The notes: generated by a model not told the origin, from the sequence alone. 64,000 nt of DNA from Candidatus Zixiibacteriota bacterium (GCA_022571845.1 JACZXB010000001.1:459037-523036); one strand, 5' to 3'. Shown: positions 51,196 through 62,146, counted from the first letter of the stretch. Numbers and translations are program-made.

Positions 51196-52044
51196 TTATG
51201 ACGGAGCAATACATACCTGCCCTGTATAATACCAGGAGGTGGTTCCCGAAATAGCAGAGACACTAATTAAACCGTCTGTAAACTGGATTGAGAAACTCCA
51301 GTCACTGGTTACAGGATTACTGCTATCTTTAGTATAAGTCATATTGGCAGTCGCCCCGATAGTGCCGCTTAAAGGACAATTCTGAAGCCAGCCGCCAGGA
51401 ACATCGATGATTGCCAGATTTGATACTGTACCTTCAACAGAAATATCTCTCCAGACAGTTGAGTCTACCGTTACTATCTTTATGGAAACATCAATACTGT
51501 GAGAACCGTTGACTGTGGCACTGCCTGAGCCCAAATTATGCAGAGTCAAGGCAACTACGCCTGAGTAATCAGTATAACTTACAGTAGTGTCAATAGTGAT
51601 TTCTACCCACCTGTGCTTATAAATCAGCGTTTCGGTGTTGTCATTATCCTGCTGAGGCTGACCAAGATTATCCAGGAATTGAATGGAGTCCTTAAATGAC
51701 GTTGTCTTTCCTGAAAAATTACCGGTCCAGCTAACAATATGCCAACCGTTTTCATAGACATAATCAGCGCTGACGGAATCTCCGGGGGTCGGTCCATAAG
51801 ACACGATTATTACATCAGTATCACCTGGAAGTACTAATAGATTATTCAATCCTAAGGAAATATACGAAACTGTAGAGTCAATCAGATTGTTAACTTCATT
51901 TTGAACAGCGACAAAATTTGGGTCCGAAAGAGAGCCCGGTGTCAAATTTGATGAGTTGCTGTCGCCCGAGCAACCGATAACCAGCAGACTAAGTCCGGTG
52001 ACAGCGGCAAGCCCAAAAACCAGCAAAGCTTTACGAGGACGCAT
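51196..52044 (-). CDS. Lipoprotein, unknown function
   Basis: The lipobox is LLVIGC. The protein is beta-rich and Ser/Thr/Asn-rich. Confidence 0.6.
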   Translation of the reverse strand: MRPRKALLVFGLAAVTGLSLLVIGCSGDSNSSNLTPGSLSDPNFVAVQNEVNNLIDSTVSYISLGLNNLLVLPGDTDVIIVSYGPTPGDSVSADYVYENGWHIVSWTGNFSGKTTSFKDSIQFLDNLGQPQQDNDNTETLIYKHRWVEITIDTTVSYTDYSGVVALTLHNLGSGSATVNGSHSIDVSIKIVTVDSTVWRDISVEGTVSNLAIIDVPGGWLQNCPLSGTIGATANMTYTKDSSNPVTSDWSFSIQFTDGLISVSAISGTTSWYYTGQVCIAPS

Positions 52045-52097
52045 ACGGTGATACTCCTTTCGTCTCTGCCTGCAGCCGAAGCCTGCTGTTGGCGGCG

Positions 52098-53000
52098 CTA
52101 TTTCAAAAGGAACTTCATAATTCCTTTTTGGATATGCAGCCGGTTTTCGGCCTGGTCGAACACTTTCGACTGGGGACCGTCCATCACTTCGTCAGTAATT
52201 TCTTTTCCCCGCTCAGCCGGCAGACAGTGCAAAACCATCGCATCAGAATTGGCCTCAGCAAGCAGAGAGCTATTTAATTGAAATCCTTTTAATTTCTCTG
52301 CCTTTTCTTGACCCAGATGTTTCTGCCCCATTGAGGCCCAAACATCGGTATAGACTACATCGGCAGCTGCTATTGCTTCTTTAGGGTCGTGTGTAATTAC
52401 TATTTTGCTGTCGCCGTTGACTTTAGCCCGCTTGAGAATTTCTGAATCCGGCTCAAATCCTTCGGCCGTGCCAATTCGTAATTCCATTGGTATGAGAGAA
52501 GCCAGATTAAGCCAGCTATTGGTGATGTTGTTAGCATCACCTAAATAAGAGATTACGAATCTATCTTTTTCGCCTTTTGCCTCTAAAACCGTAAAATAGT
52601 CTCCGAGAATCTGACAGGGATGCACCAAATCAGTCAGGCCGTTTATTATTGGTACCGAAGCATATTTTGCCAGTTCTTCAACATCAGATTGCTTAAAAGT
52701 TCTGATCATAATCATCGAAACATATCGGGATAAGACCCGGGCGATGTCGGCTACAGATTCTCTCTGCCCCAGCTTGATTTCGGCATCAGTGATATAGATC
52801 GCATTACCCCCCAGCTGGCTGATACCAACTTCAAAAGAAACTCGGGTTCTGAGTGATTCTTTAGTAAAAATACAGGCTACCGATTTTCCTGCGAGAGGTT
52901 TTGAACTGTCCTGTCCTGATTTCATTCGCTTAGTTATCTCAAAGATTTCTTTAACTTCGGCTGCGCTAAAGTCTGTTATCTGGCAAAGTGAACGCGGCAT
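52098..53000 (-). CDS. argF: Ornithine carbamoyltransferase family enzyme
   Basis: Motifs are ESLRTRVSFE (S-x-R-T-R), HPCQ, DVWASMGQ and HCLPAERG. Confidence 0.85.
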   Translation of the reverse strand: MPRSLCQITDFSAAEVKEIFEITKRMKSGQDSSKPLAGKSVACIFTKESLRTRVSFEVGISQLGGNAIYITDAEIKLGQRESVADIARVLSRYVSMIMIRTFKQSDVEELAKYASVPIINGLTDLVHPCQILGDYFTVLEAKGEKDRFVISYLGDANNITNSWLNLASLIPMELRIGTAEGFEPDSEILKRAKVNGDSKIVITHDPKEAIAAADVVYTDVWASMGQKHLGQEKAEKLKGFQLNSSLLAEANSDAMVLHCLPAERGKEITDEVMDGPQSKVFDQAENRLHIQKGIMKFLLK

Positions 53001-53189
53001 ATTGCCTCCTTTATGTCAAATAGTTGTCGTCTTAATTCTGAGCAAATTGCGCAGAATAAAGAAGAGAACCAGCGAAATGTCAAGTAAAGTTGTCCGGGTT
53101 TGACGCTGCTTCTCTAAATACTTGCCAGAGCCAACTGTTGGACTGATATTACGTAAGTAAACCCTGAGAGAATTATGGGTTAGAAAAAT

Positions 53190-53936
53190 ATGAATAAATC
53201 TACATTTGTCATAGGCGGACTTCTGATTTTTTTTGGGCTGTTTTTCTTGATGGAGTCTATTGGACTTTTCTGGTTTGACTTTGGCGAATTTATCTCGTTT
53301 ATGATTCCGTTTGGTTTGATAGCCTTCGGGGTCTGGTTAATCGTTCGCAAAAAGGACAAAGAGAGTAAAGCGATTACGGTTACAATTCATGAAGACATCA
53401 AAAGCTATGATTCTTCTGCGCCCAAGCCACCAAAAACCGAATACACTTCAGATTCAGTTGCCACTCCTGCCCAGCCTGCAAGTCCAACCCCCCCGGAAAG
53501 CCCGAAGAAACCTGCCGAATTTTTCGGCGCTGAATCCAGCGACAATGCTCAGTCCGAAACTTACGGCAGACTCCGCTATAGTAAGATGTTTGGGGATATG
53601 TATATTGATTGCAAAGGGAAAAAACTTAGTAACATAGAAATATCTACTGGTGTTGGAGATCTGGAACTGAATCTAATTGAAGGGATTTTATCTAAAGGTC
53701 TTAACCGCGTCATCATTTCTGGTTTTATTGGTGATATCCGAATCTTTGTCTCTAAGGAAATGTCGTTTTTTTCTCATTGCTCGAATTTTATAGGAGATAT
53801 CGATTTGAGCGGACAAAGAACCTCCGGATTTGGCAATACTCTGGAGCATGATGATCCCGGCTACGATCAGGCAGAATCAAAACTCTATGTTGCCGCCAAT
53901 AGTTTTATAGGTAATATTAAAGTTTACCGAATTTAG
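53190..53936 (+). CDS. LiaF-like membrane protein (DUF5668-type TM N-terminus + toast-rack-like C-domain)
   Basis: The N-terminal TM pair is GGLLIFFGLFFL and FGLIAFGVWLIVRKK. A Pro-rich linker follows. The C-terminus has repeated GD(I/L)xL/F strands (VGDLELNL, IGDIRIFV, IGDIDL, IGNIKVY). Confidence 0.6.
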   Translation: MNKSTFVIGGLLIFFGLFFLMESIGLFWFDFGEFISFMIPFGLIAFGVWLIVRKKDKESKAITVTIHEDIKSYDSSAPKPPKTEYTSDSVATPAQPASPTPPESPKKPAEFFGAESSDNAQSETYGRLRYSKMFGDMYIDCKGKKLSNIEISTGVGDLELNLIEGILSKGLNRVIISGFIGDIRIFVSKEMSFFSHCSNFIGDIDLSGQRTSGFGNTLEHDDPGYDQAESKLYVAANSFIGNIKVYRI

Positions 53937-54131
53937 AAAACCAGACTGAATCCGACTAATTCTTCTTAGAGCCGCATACTTCAGAAACAAAACCAGCGGA
54001 TGGATCACCCTCCACTGTAGAAAATTCCCGGAGCAATTGTGACAAAGTTGCGAACGGCACTTTTGAGGAGATTCTTTGGATTGATCTAGATTGAAGTCGG
54101 AGTCGGCTGAGCCGGTTGACCTTGCTCAGCG

Positions 54132-54416
54132 TCACATCCAAATTCTTTTTTCCCGTATCACGAGCCACCAACGTAATGTGAGACCCAAATAGGCCAGCCC
54201 AACAAGCACGAAGAATATCTCAGAAAATGAAAAGAGCCCCGATGCGCCGAGAATGGTCATCAACGGGAGTGGCCACTCGCGCCAAAGGATTAGCGACAAG
54301 GCGGCGCCGACAAGCGCTACCGGTATTCCGACGATAGAAAGCGGCAAGAGAACGAGCATGCCCAGTGCTTGGCTGTAGTCGAAGAACATAATCCCTATCA
54401 GCGACCCCAGAACCAT
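54132..54416 (-). CDS. Small three-TM membrane protein, unknown function
   Basis: The 94-aa hydrophobic product lies in a G+C-rich patch. It starts 2 nt after the upstream stop. Confidence 0.5.
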   Translation of the reverse strand: MVLGSLIGIMFFDYSQALGMLVLLPLSIVGIPVALVGAALSLILWREWPLPLMTILGASGLFSFSEIFFVLVGLAYLGLTLRWWLVIREKRIWM

Positions 54417-54418
54417 CG

Positions 54419-54958
54419 TTACCCCGACCCAGCTGAAGCAGGCGTAGGAAACATCACCTTACGGGAGGTTTTCACGGGTGGCTGGTGCAGTAAATCAGGC
54501 GGTCTACCTTGGTCGTCCGGCAGATCGCCTAGCTGCAATTCGTCGTTTCTTGACTTCGCATGCTGGGGCATCTCCAACTTCCAAGCGAAATAAAACAGGG
54601 CGACGTCAAGGAGACCACTGAAAAAAAGGAATCCGCCTATTGATTCGGCCAGATACTCACTTGGTAACAGAATAAGTCCGACAACCACTGTGAAAAACGA
54701 GACAACGGCACCAGCCATAACCAAAAATCGTCCCCTTGAATATCCATAGATCAATCCCAGGCCGCCGCTTAGGAATAGTGCCCAAATTACGGCTTCAGGT
54801 GCGCTCTGCCAAGCCGCGAGAAATTTGCTATCGGTGAACATACTCCCGATTAAACCGAGAGCAACTATGACGAGTCCAACCGTGGTCCAGGCAGCAAAAA
54901 TCAGCGATATGATTCCGACTGTCCGTGGGCTAAGTCTATACTTGTCTTTCATCGCCAT
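54419..54958 (-). CDS. Membrane protein (about 5 TM) with a charged C-tail, unknown function
   Basis: The 179-aa product has hydrophobic helices and lies in a G+C-rich patch. Confidence 0.55.
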   Translation of the reverse strand: MAMKDKYRLSPRTVGIISLIFAAWTTVGLVIVALGLIGSMFTDSKFLAAWQSAPEAVIWALFLSGGLGLIYGYSRGRFLVMAGAVVSFFTVVVGLILLPSEYLAESIGGFLFFSGLLDVALFYFAWKLEMPQHAKSRNDELQLGDLPDDQGRPPDLLHQPPVKTSRKVMFPTPASAGSG

Positions 54959-55001
54959 TCAAATTATTCAATAGTGATTCATTATGAAGGGGGAATCCCG
55001 G

Positions 55002-56354
55002 TTAAAGAATATATTTACTCAAATCTTCACTCTCCACTATTTCGGAGAGTCTTTCTTCTACCATCTTAGCAGAAATGGTCACTTTCTTTTTGGATATCGG
55101 AGGATCAAACAGAATATCCTCCAATAGTGTTGTCAGTACAGTATGGAGTCTTCTAGCGCCGATATTTTCAGACGCGGAATTTACCCGCTCAGCATACTCG
55201 GCAATTTTCTTGATAGCAGCGTCAGAGAAAACCAGTTCAACTTCTTCTGACTTTAGCAAAGCGCGGTACTGTTTAACCAGCGATGCTTTTGGCTCGGTCA
55301 GAATGCGTTCAAAATCCTTGGCGGTCAAAGAATCAAGTTCGACCCTGATTGGGAATCGCCCCTGAAGTTCCGGAATCAAATCCGACGGGCTGGTCGAGCT
55401 GAAAGCGCCGGCGGCAATAAATAAAATATGGTCGGTCTGAACCAGGCCGTATTTGGTATTAACACTGCTACCCTCAACAATCGGCAGAATATCTCTCTGG
55501 ACTCCTTCGCGGCTGACATCGGGACCGGATTTTCCTTCGCTGCCTACTATTTTGTCTATCTCGTCGATAAAAATTATGCCTGATTCCTGAACCCGATTCA
55601 GCGCGTCGGGAATGACTTCATCCATATTGACCAGCTTGTTCAGTTCTTCGTTGGCTAAGAATTTTTTAGCCTGATCAACCGGCATTTTGCGTCTTTTTGA
55701 CTTGCGTGGCATCATCCCCGAAAACATCTCCTGAAAATTAACACCCAGCTCTTCCATGCCCATCGGAGAAAAAATTTCAATTACCGGAAACTGGTTTTGC
55801 GGCGCATCGACTTCTATCTCCCGCTTATCGAGTTTGCCTTCAATCAGGCGGCTTTTGAGTTTTTCTCTGGTTCTATCGAAAGTATCTGACTTTTCAGGGT
55901 CAGGCAATTTGGCGTCGATTGCGCTTCTTTTCGGCGGCGGCAGCATTATATCCAGAATCCGTTCTAACGCAATTTCTTGTGCTTTTACTTTTAAATCTTT
56001 TGATTTTTCCTGTTTGACCATGTTGACCGAAATATCCACCAGGTCGCGCACCATTGATTCCACATCGCGTCCGACATAACCGACTTCGGTAAATTTTGAA
56101 GCTTCTACTTTCATAAAAGGGGCATGGGCCAAATCTGCCAGCCGGCGGGCAATTTCTGTCTTACCGACTCCGGTCGGACCCATCATTATAATATTGTTAG
56201 GCATCATCTCCTGCCGAATATCTTCGTCGGCATTCTGTCTGCGCCAGCGGTTCCTGAGAGCTATTGCTACAGATTTTTTGGCGTTGTCCTGGCCGACAAC
56301 ATATTTATCAAGATGGGAGACAATTTCTTTGGGAGTCAGATAACTGTTATTCAT
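55002..56354 (-). CDS. hslU: ATP-dependent protease ATPase subunit HslU
   Basis: Motifs are [59 protein letters not shown] and FIAAGAF. Confidence 0.95.
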   Translation of the reverse strand: MNNSYLTPKEIVSHLDKYVVGQDNAKKSVAIALRNRWRRQNADEDIRQEMMPNNIIMMGPTGVGKTEIARRLADLAHAPFMKVEASKFTEVGYVGRDVESMVRDLVDISVNMVKQEKSKDLKVKAQEIALERILDIMLPPPKRSAIDAKLPDPEKSDTFDRTREKLKSRLIEGKLDKREIEVDAPQNQFPVIEIFSPMGMEELGVNFQEMFSGMMPRKSKRRKMPVDQAKKFLANEELNKLVNMDEVIPDALNRVQESGIIFIDEIDKIVGSEGKSGPDVSREGVQRDILPIVEGSSVNTKYGLVQTDHILFIAAGAFSSTSPSDLIPELQGRFPIRVELDSLTAKDFERILTEPKASLVKQYRALLKSEEVELVFSDAAIKKIAEYAERVNSASENIGARRLHTVLTTLLEDILFDPPISKKKVTISAKMVEERLSEIVESEDLSKYIL

Positions 56355-56887
56355 TTCAACTTCTTCACAATTATTTCGCTGTTAGTATAGACGCAGATAT
56401 CCGCTGCAATTATTAGTGCTTCTTCTGCTATTTTTGCCGCCGAAAATTTCGGATTAAACTTTAAGAGTGCCCTGGCTGCTGCTAAGGCATAGGAACCGCC
56501 CGAACCAATTGCGATAATTCCGTCATCCGGCTCAATGACATCCCCGGTGCCGCTCAAAAGAAAAATGTGCTCTTTGTCGGTTACTGCAATTACTGCATCA
56601 AGTTTTTGCAATGCTTTATCCGTGCGCCACTCTTTGGCCAGTTCTACCGAGGCCCGCTGTAGATTGCCTGAGAACTCTTCGATTTTCTTATCCAGCAGTT
56701 CATACAAAGCCAGAGCATCGGCCGCCCCGCCTGCGAAACCAGAAAGAATCTTATCATCGTACATAGTGCGAATTTTTGACGCTTTGGTTTTTAGAATGGT
56801 GTCATCATAGCTGACCTGTCCGTCACCTGCCATAGCCGCTTCGCCGTTATGTATCAATCCAATAATTGTCGTAGAGCGAATTTTCAT
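56351..56887 (-). CDS. hslV: ATP-dependent protease subunit HslV
   Basis: The Thr-1 context is [22 protein letters not shown], with [14 protein letters not shown]. It overlaps hslU by ATGA. Confidence 0.95.
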   Translation of the reverse strand: MKIRSTTIIGLIHNGEAAMAGDGQVSYDDTILKTKASKIRTMYDDKILSGFAGGAADALALYELLDKKIEEFSGNLQRASVELAKEWRTDKALQKLDAVIAVTDKEHIFLLSGTGDVIEPDDGIIAIGSGGSYALAAARALLKFNPKFSAAKIAEEALIIAADICVYTNSEIIVKKLK

Positions 56888-56895
56888 AGTAATTC

Positions 56896-57810
56896 CTATT
56901 TGCTGAATCCCGAACGGGGATGAGCAGTCTTGTACTGTTTTTTCATAGATTCTGCCGTTACGTGAGTATATTTTTGAGTTGTAGATAGCGAAGCGTGACC
57001 GAGAATTTCTTTTATCAAAAGTAAATCGGCGCCGTTTTCGAGCAGATGGGTAGCAAACGAATGTCTGAGAGTGTGAGGAGTGAATTCCAGACCCTGTTGC
57101 CTGGCATACTTATTGACCAGCCGATTTATCGAGCGCACAGACAACTCTTCACCCGTTTTATTTAAGAACAAATCGGCTCGCATTTTATTTTTCTCTTTTA
57201 AGAAACTTTGTCTGATAGACAAATAATTTTTTATTTCAGCAATTGTATTCTCTCCCATTGGTGCCACTCGTTGCTTGTTCCCTTTGCCAAGCACGGTTAT
57301 TAAACCGGATTTCAGGTCAAGGTCGCTGACTTTCAGATTTTTCAGTTCGGTGCGTCTGATACCGGTTGAATACAAAAGTGCCAGAATGATATAGTCACGA
57401 ATCATCTGGTACTTGTTCATATTCTTAGACTGCATCTTGCCGTCGAATAATCGGCTGGTTTCTTTTTGTGTAAGAAAATCCGGTATTTGTGACTTGTATT
57501 TCATCTTTGGAATTTCAAACAGGTACTCTTTATAACCGCGACGGCCGGTGAGGTACTTCTGGAAACTTGAAAGAGCCGATAAAAACCTGACCATTGAGCG
57601 GTTGCCGATTTTTTTCTCAAATCTCTGCCTTAGATATGATCTCAACAAAACCGGGTCGTTTAGAGAAATGGACGGTGTTTCTTTGTATTGTTTCTCCAAA
57701 AAAGAAACCCAGGGAGTCAGGTCCCGGCGGTAGGCTGCTATGGTGTTATCGGAATATCTACCGCCCGCCTGGAGATATTTGAAGAATTGAGTCAATACAG
57801 ATGTTAGCAT
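56896..57810 (-). CDS. xerC: Tyrosine recombinase XerC/XerD
   Basis: Motifs are YSTGIRRTEL and HTLRHSFATHLLENGADLLLIKEILGHASLSTTQKYTHV. The synteny topA-xerC-hslVU matches the Bacillus codV-clpQY arrangement. Confidence 0.85.
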   Translation of the reverse strand: MLTSVLTQFFKYLQAGGRYSDNTIAAYRRDLTPWVSFLEKQYKETPSISLNDPVLLRSYLRQRFEKKIGNRSMVRFLSALSSFQKYLTGRRGYKEYLFEIPKMKYKSQIPDFLTQKETSRLFDGKMQSKNMNKYQMIRDYIILALLYSTGIRRTELKNLKVSDLDLKSGLITVLGKGNKQRVAPMGENTIAEIKNYLSIRQSFLKEKNKMRADLFLNKTGEELSVRSINRLVNKYARQQGLEFTPHTLRHSFATHLLENGADLLLIKEILGHASLSTTQKYTHVTAESMKKQYKTAHPRSGFSK

Positions 57811-57873
57811 ACTGCTTCAAAGTATTGCCTCAGAGCTGGCTCGTCAATGCAATAAAATCCAGAGGGAAACTGC

Positions 57874-60189
57874 TTAGCTGGTAACAGTTTTTGTCTTCGT
57901 CTTAGGCTTCGCTTCGGCGCTTTGCAGTTCTTTTTCGTATTTACACTCGGGACAGCGCAGGAAATCACCTTTAGATTTGGTGGACTTCTTGACTAAGAAA
58001 GGATGATTGCAGACCGGACATGGTACATCTGTAGGTTTGTCCCATGAAGCGAAATCGCATTTGGGATATTTTGAGCAGCCATAAAACAGACGGCGGCTTT
58101 TAGTCTGTTTTTCTACAATCTTGCCACCACAATTCGGCTTGGGGCACTTGATCCCCAAAGAAAGTGGTTTGGCATTTTTGCAGTCAGGGTAAGCGGAGCA
58201 GGCCATAAAGCGCCCGAAGCGGCCGGTTTTGATAATCATGTCAGAACCACACTTTTCGCACTTTTCATCAGTTTTGGACTTGGCCTCTTCTTCCGGCAAG
58301 GGCCGGGTCGATTTACACTCAGGATAAGCCGAGCAGGCCAGAAAACGACCGTTTCTGCCCCACTTAATAATCATTTTTGATTTACACTTTTCGCATTTGA
58401 TATTGGTCTCTTCTGTCAGAGACTCTTTTATTTTCTTCTCCTGCCCTTTTAAGGAATCAATTGTTTTCTTGAAAGGTTTATAAAAATTGTTTAATACTTT
58501 GACCCAGTCGTCCGTGCCATCCTCGACCAAATCAAGTTCCTTTTCCATTTCGGCGGTAAACTTGACGTTAAAGATATCGGGCAGACTCTCAACCAGAATT
58601 CTGTTAACTGTTTTGCCAAGATCGGTCGGTGTCAGTTTTCTATCTTCACCATCTGCGTATTTACGGTCTTTCAGAGTCGAAATAATCGAAGCATATGTCG
58701 AGGGTCGACCGATTCCATCAGCTTCCAGCCTTTTTACCAGCATCGCTTCGGAGTAGCGCGGAGGAGGTTTGGTGAATGACTGATTCGAGTACAGTTCATT
58801 CAGCCTAATTTTGTCACCCTCTTTGAGCTTGGGAATTTTTCTGTTGCCGTTTTCGCCGCTGCCGTTTTCATCCGGCTCTTTTGTCTCTTCATATACTTTT
58901 AAGAAACCTTCAAACATTACTCTTTGAGCAGATGTCCGGAGCAGGAATTTTCCGCCCTCAATAATAACTGTCTCAACGTCATATTTAGCGTTGTTCATCT
59001 GACTGGCTACGAATCTTTTCCAGATCAAACTATAAAGTTTCAGTTCCTTTGGTTTCAGATACCTTTTGGCATTGGCAGGAGTCAGCAACAAATCAGTCGG
59101 GCGAATTGCTTCGTGCGCGTCCTGGGCACCTTTTTTCTTGCCGTAGAAGTTCGGCTTGGCGGGCAGATAATCTTTGCCATATTCTGATTTAATATGTTCT
59201 CGTACAGATTTTATAGCCGCGTCTGAGATACGGGTTGAGTCTGTACGCATATAAGTTATCAAACCAACAGAGCCTTCCTTGCCCAGTTCTACACCTTCAT
59301 AAAGTTTCTGGGCTATGCCCATTGTCTGTTTGGGTGCAATGCCCATTACTCTGGCTGCTTCCTGCTGCAATGTCGAAGTTATAAACGGCGCGTAAGGCTT
59401 GCGGCTTTTTTCGGTTTTGCTGACTTCTTTGACGGTATAATCGTATTTCTGAAGTTCAGTGATATATTTCTTAACTTCTTTTTCTGATTTGACAATAATC
59501 TTGTTCTTGACAGAATCTGCTGGCGTTCCGACAGTTTTTCCGCCAATCTTGTATACCCGTGCCTCGAAATCGATTTTCTTGACCGTCTCAAGTTTGGCCA
59601 TTATCTGCCAGTATTCTTCTTCCTTAAAGGCATCAATCTCTTCTTCTCGCTCGCAAATCAGGCGAAGAGCTACCGACTGTACCCTACCGGCCGAAAGATT
59701 GCGGGCGATTGTCTTCCATAAAAACGGCGAAACAGTGTAGCCAACTATTCTATCCAGCATACGTCTGGCCTGCTGGGCGTTGACTTTGTTCATATCAATT
59801 TTGCGTGGATTCTTGATTGCCTCAAGTACTGCCGATTTGGTTATTTCATTAAAAGAGATGCGGTAAATTTTGGGTTTGCCTTTGCCCTTGCCATTTAGGA
59901 GTGTGGCTACATGCCAGGCAATAGCCTCACCTTCGCGGTCAGGGTCGGGGGCAAGGAAAATATTCTCGGCACCCCTGGCAGCTTTCTGGAGCTCTTTGAT
60001 TATCTTTTCTTTGCCCTTAATAATGTTGTAGTCTGGCACGAATCCGTTATCAACATCAATACCGAGCCTCGATTTCGGCAGATCCATAATGTGACCAACA
60101 GTTGCTTTGATTTCATACTCTTTGCCCAAAAAACGGCTAAGCGTTTTTGTTTTGGCAGGAGACTCAACTATGACAAGATTTTTGGCCAT
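57874..60189 (-). CDS. topA: DNA topoisomerase I with four C-terminal Cys4 zinc ribbons
   Basis: It has the Toprim N-terminus MAKNLVIVESPAKTKTL and active-site region GLITYMRTDS, followed by repeated CxxC..CxxC modules. I chose the ATG at 60189. The track uses TTG 60195. Confidence 0.95.
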   Translation of the reverse strand: MAKNLVIVESPAKTKTLSRFLGKEYEIKATVGHIMDLPKSRLGIDVDNGFVPDYNIIKGKEKIIKELQKAARGAENIFLAPDPDREGEAIAWHVATLLNGKGKGKPKIYRISFNEITKSAVLEAIKNPRKIDMNKVNAQQARRMLDRIVGYTVSPFLWKTIARNLSAGRVQSVALRLICEREEEIDAFKEEEYWQIMAKLETVKKIDFEARVYKIGGKTVGTPADSVKNKIIVKSEKEVKKYITELQKYDYTVKEVSKTEKSRKPYAPFITSTLQQEAARVMGIAPKQTMGIAQKLYEGVELGKEGSVGLITYMRTDSTRISDAAIKSVREHIKSEYGKDYLPAKPNFYGKKKGAQDAHEAIRPTDLLLTPANAKRYLKPKELKLYSLIWKRFVASQMNNAKYDVETVIIEGGKFLLRTSAQRVMFEGFLKVYEETKEPDENGSGENGNRKIPKLKEGDKIRLNELYSNQSFTKPPPRYSEAMLVKRLEADGIGRPSTYASIISTLKDRKYADGEDRKLTPTDLGKTVNRILVESLPDIFNVKFTAEMEKELDLVEDGTDDWVKVLNNFYKPFKKTIDSLKGQEKKIKESLTEETNIKCEKCKSKMIIKWGRNGRFLACSAYPECKSTRPLPEEEAKSKTDEKCEKCGSDMIIKTGRFGRFMACSAYPDCKNAKPLSLGIKCPKPNCGGKIVEKQTKSRRLFYGCSKYPKCDFASWDKPTDVPCPVCNHPFLVKKSTKSKGDFLRCPECKYEKELQSAEAKPKTKTKTVTS

Positions 60190-60227
60190 TAACAACCCTT
60201 TAGTTAAATTTTAAGAAATATACCTTA

Positions 60228-60455
60228 TTACATCGAATCTGTGCGCTCAAACTTAACCTTTCCATCCAAAACTTCTTTAAGAGCGCGCATAGTAATTTTT
60301 CTGGAATCGATATCAATCGAGGGGTCCTGCTCCAGTAATTCGAGCTGTCTTAGGCGTTTACTGTTCAAAAAACGGGCATGCCGAGCGGTGACAATGATTG
60401 CCTCATAACGATTTAGGCCCAATTTTTCAAGTTTTTCTATCGATGGTCTTTCCAT
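60228..60455 (-). CDS. rpoZ: RNA polymerase omega subunit
   Basis: The 75-aa product contains NRYEAIIVTARHARFL. Confidence 0.85.
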   Translation of the reverse strand: MERPSIEKLEKLGLNRYEAIIVTARHARFLNSKRLRQLELLEQDPSIDIDSRKITMRALKEVLDGKVKFERTDSM

Positions 60456-60482
60456 TTCACATTCTCCTATTAATTTAATAGC

Positions 60483-61118
60483 TTAACTAATAATTGTATT
60501 TATTTGTTCCTTATTAATATTTTCAGTCCGAGATTTTTTTGAGCCCGGGTGGCCGGAAATTATGCTCAGGACTTCAGAAATAGCTGATTCCAACTTTTCA
60601 TTTATAACAGTATACTCAAAATTGCTATACTCTTTCATTTCCTGTTTAGCAGTATTGTAGCGGACATCTAACTGCTGGGAAGTCTCAGTTCCGCGTCTTT
60701 GCAGCCGCTCTTTTAGACTTTCCTTTGATGGCGGCAGTACAAAAATCGAAATCGCATCGGGGTACTTCCGGCGAATTTTGGCCGCTCCCTGCACGTCAAC
60801 ATCCAAAAGTATAACGCCGCCTTCTTCTATTACTTTGTCCAGTTGCTCTTTTGGCGTACCATATTTGTACAAGTGAACCGGGAAGTGCTCAGCAAAAAAG
60901 CCTTCTTCCGCCTTTTTGTCAAACTCCTTTTCTGTTACGAAAAAATATTCCCGGCCGTGGTGTTCACCCTGGCGCTTTTGCCGGGTAGTACAAGAAATCG
61001 AAAATCCCCAGCCCTGGCTTTTACGCTCTTCTGTCAAGAGTCCCTGACAGATAGAAGTTTTACCGCCGCCTGACGGAGATGAAATTATCACTATTTTACC
61101 CACTGCTCCTTTATTCAT
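60483..61118 (-). CDS. gmk: Guanylate kinase
   Basis: The P-loop is SSPSGGGKTS. Other motifs are TTRQKRQGEHHGREYFFV and LDVDVQGA. Confidence 0.9.
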   Translation of the reverse strand: MNKGAVGKIVIISSPSGGGKTSICQGLLTEERKSQGWGFSISCTTRQKRQGEHHGREYFFVTEKEFDKKAEEGFFAEHFPVHLYKYGTPKEQLDKVIEEGGVILLDVDVQGAAKIRRKYPDAISIFVLPPSKESLKERLQRRGTETSQQLDVRYNTAKQEMKEYSNFEYTVINEKLESAISEVLSIISGHPGSKKSRTENINKEQINTIIS

Positions 61119-61138
61119 CCGCCCTGTACCTGAACCTG

Positions 61139-62014
61139 CTACTCCACATTTTGAACCTGTTCGCGAAGTTTCTCAACCTCTTCTTTCATCTCCAGGGCTA
61201 CTTTGGCAACCGAATACTCTGAACACTTTGAGGACATAGTATTTACTTCACGATTCATCTCCTGCAAAATAAAATTCAGCTTTTTGCCAATTTCACCTTT
61301 TGCTTTCAAAGTTTTTCCGAACTGTCGTGCGTGGCTCTCAAAGCGGGTGCATTCTTCGGAGATGTCTGCCTTTTCTGCAAGAATCGCCACCTCCTGCTCC
61401 AGACGTGTACGGTCAAATTTACCATTGCTGAGAACTTCCTCAATACGCTTCGAAAGTTTTTTGCGGTAGTTTTTAGCAGAATTTGATGTGGCAGATTTTA
61501 CCGCTTTGAGCATAATTAGAGTTCTTCCGACTCGAGATGCCATATCTTTTACCAGGGCAGAGCCTTCAATAGAGCGCATTTTTGATAATTGCGCCAGTGC
61601 CTGCTCAACAGCTTTTTTGACCTGAGGCCAGATTTCTTTGACATTGGTCGAATTTGGAGGTAAATCGGAAATCGAAGGAAACGAAAGCAGGTCCCCTATT
61701 TCGATCTCCCCTTTTAGACCCAGCTTCTTTTTGATTTTTTTAAGCTGACTGTTATAGGCTTCTAAAGCTTCGGTATTAATACTGTATTTTTGAGAATTTG
61801 GGCCGATTCTCTCGTAGTTTACAAAAACCGTGACTTTGCCGCGGCTTATTTTTTTAGATATCAGTTCTCTCAGCGGAGCCTCCAGAGCTGAAATCTGCCT
61901 GGGCAATCTGATAGACAATTCCAAAAAACGGTTATTGAAACTGGTAATCTCCGCAGAACATTGAACTGATTGTGTCTTGATATCGGCTTTGCCGAAACCG
62001 GTCATTGAATTCAT
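61139..62014 (-). CDS. yicC: YicC-family stress-induced protein (RNase-related)
   Basis: The N-terminus is MNSMTGFG. The C-terminal DUF1732-like segment is GKKLNFILQEMNREVNTMSSK. Confidence 0.85.
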   Translation of the reverse strand: MNSMTGFGKADIKTQSVQCSAEITSFNNRFLELSIRLPRQISALEAPLRELISKKISRGKVTVFVNYERIGPNSQKYSINTEALEAYNSQLKKIKKKLGLKGEIEIGDLLSFPSISDLPPNSTNVKEIWPQVKKAVEQALAQLSKMRSIEGSALVKDMASRVGRTLIMLKAVKSATSNSAKNYRKKLSKRIEEVLSNGKFDRTRLEQEVAILAEKADISEECTRFESHARQFGKTLKAKGEIGKKLNFILQEMNREVNTMSSKCSEYSVAKVALEMKEEVEKLREQVQNVE

Positions 62015-62146
62015 TAGCTTTCCTGGTTCTCTCTATTATAAGGAAGCTCGAAAGAAAGCGGTCTGTTCGATTTTGTCAAGTGGGATAATCACTTAGGAAT
62101 GATATTTGAACAATTCTCTTCAAAAATCGGCCAAAATTGCTGCCAA

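Noticed and set aside
53956-54171. A 71-aa minus-strand ORF in the gap after the LiaF-like gene.
   Set aside because: It has only a TTG start and overlaps the 3' end of the 94-aa membrane gene by 40 nt. It has no RBS and no recognisable features. I treat the region as non-coding.
56896-57810. A tyrosine recombinase that could mark an integrated mobile element.
   Set aside because: It sits in the conserved topA-xerC-hslV-hslU housekeeping arrangement and has full XerC/D motifs. I saw no att-like repeats or phage or plasmid genes around it.
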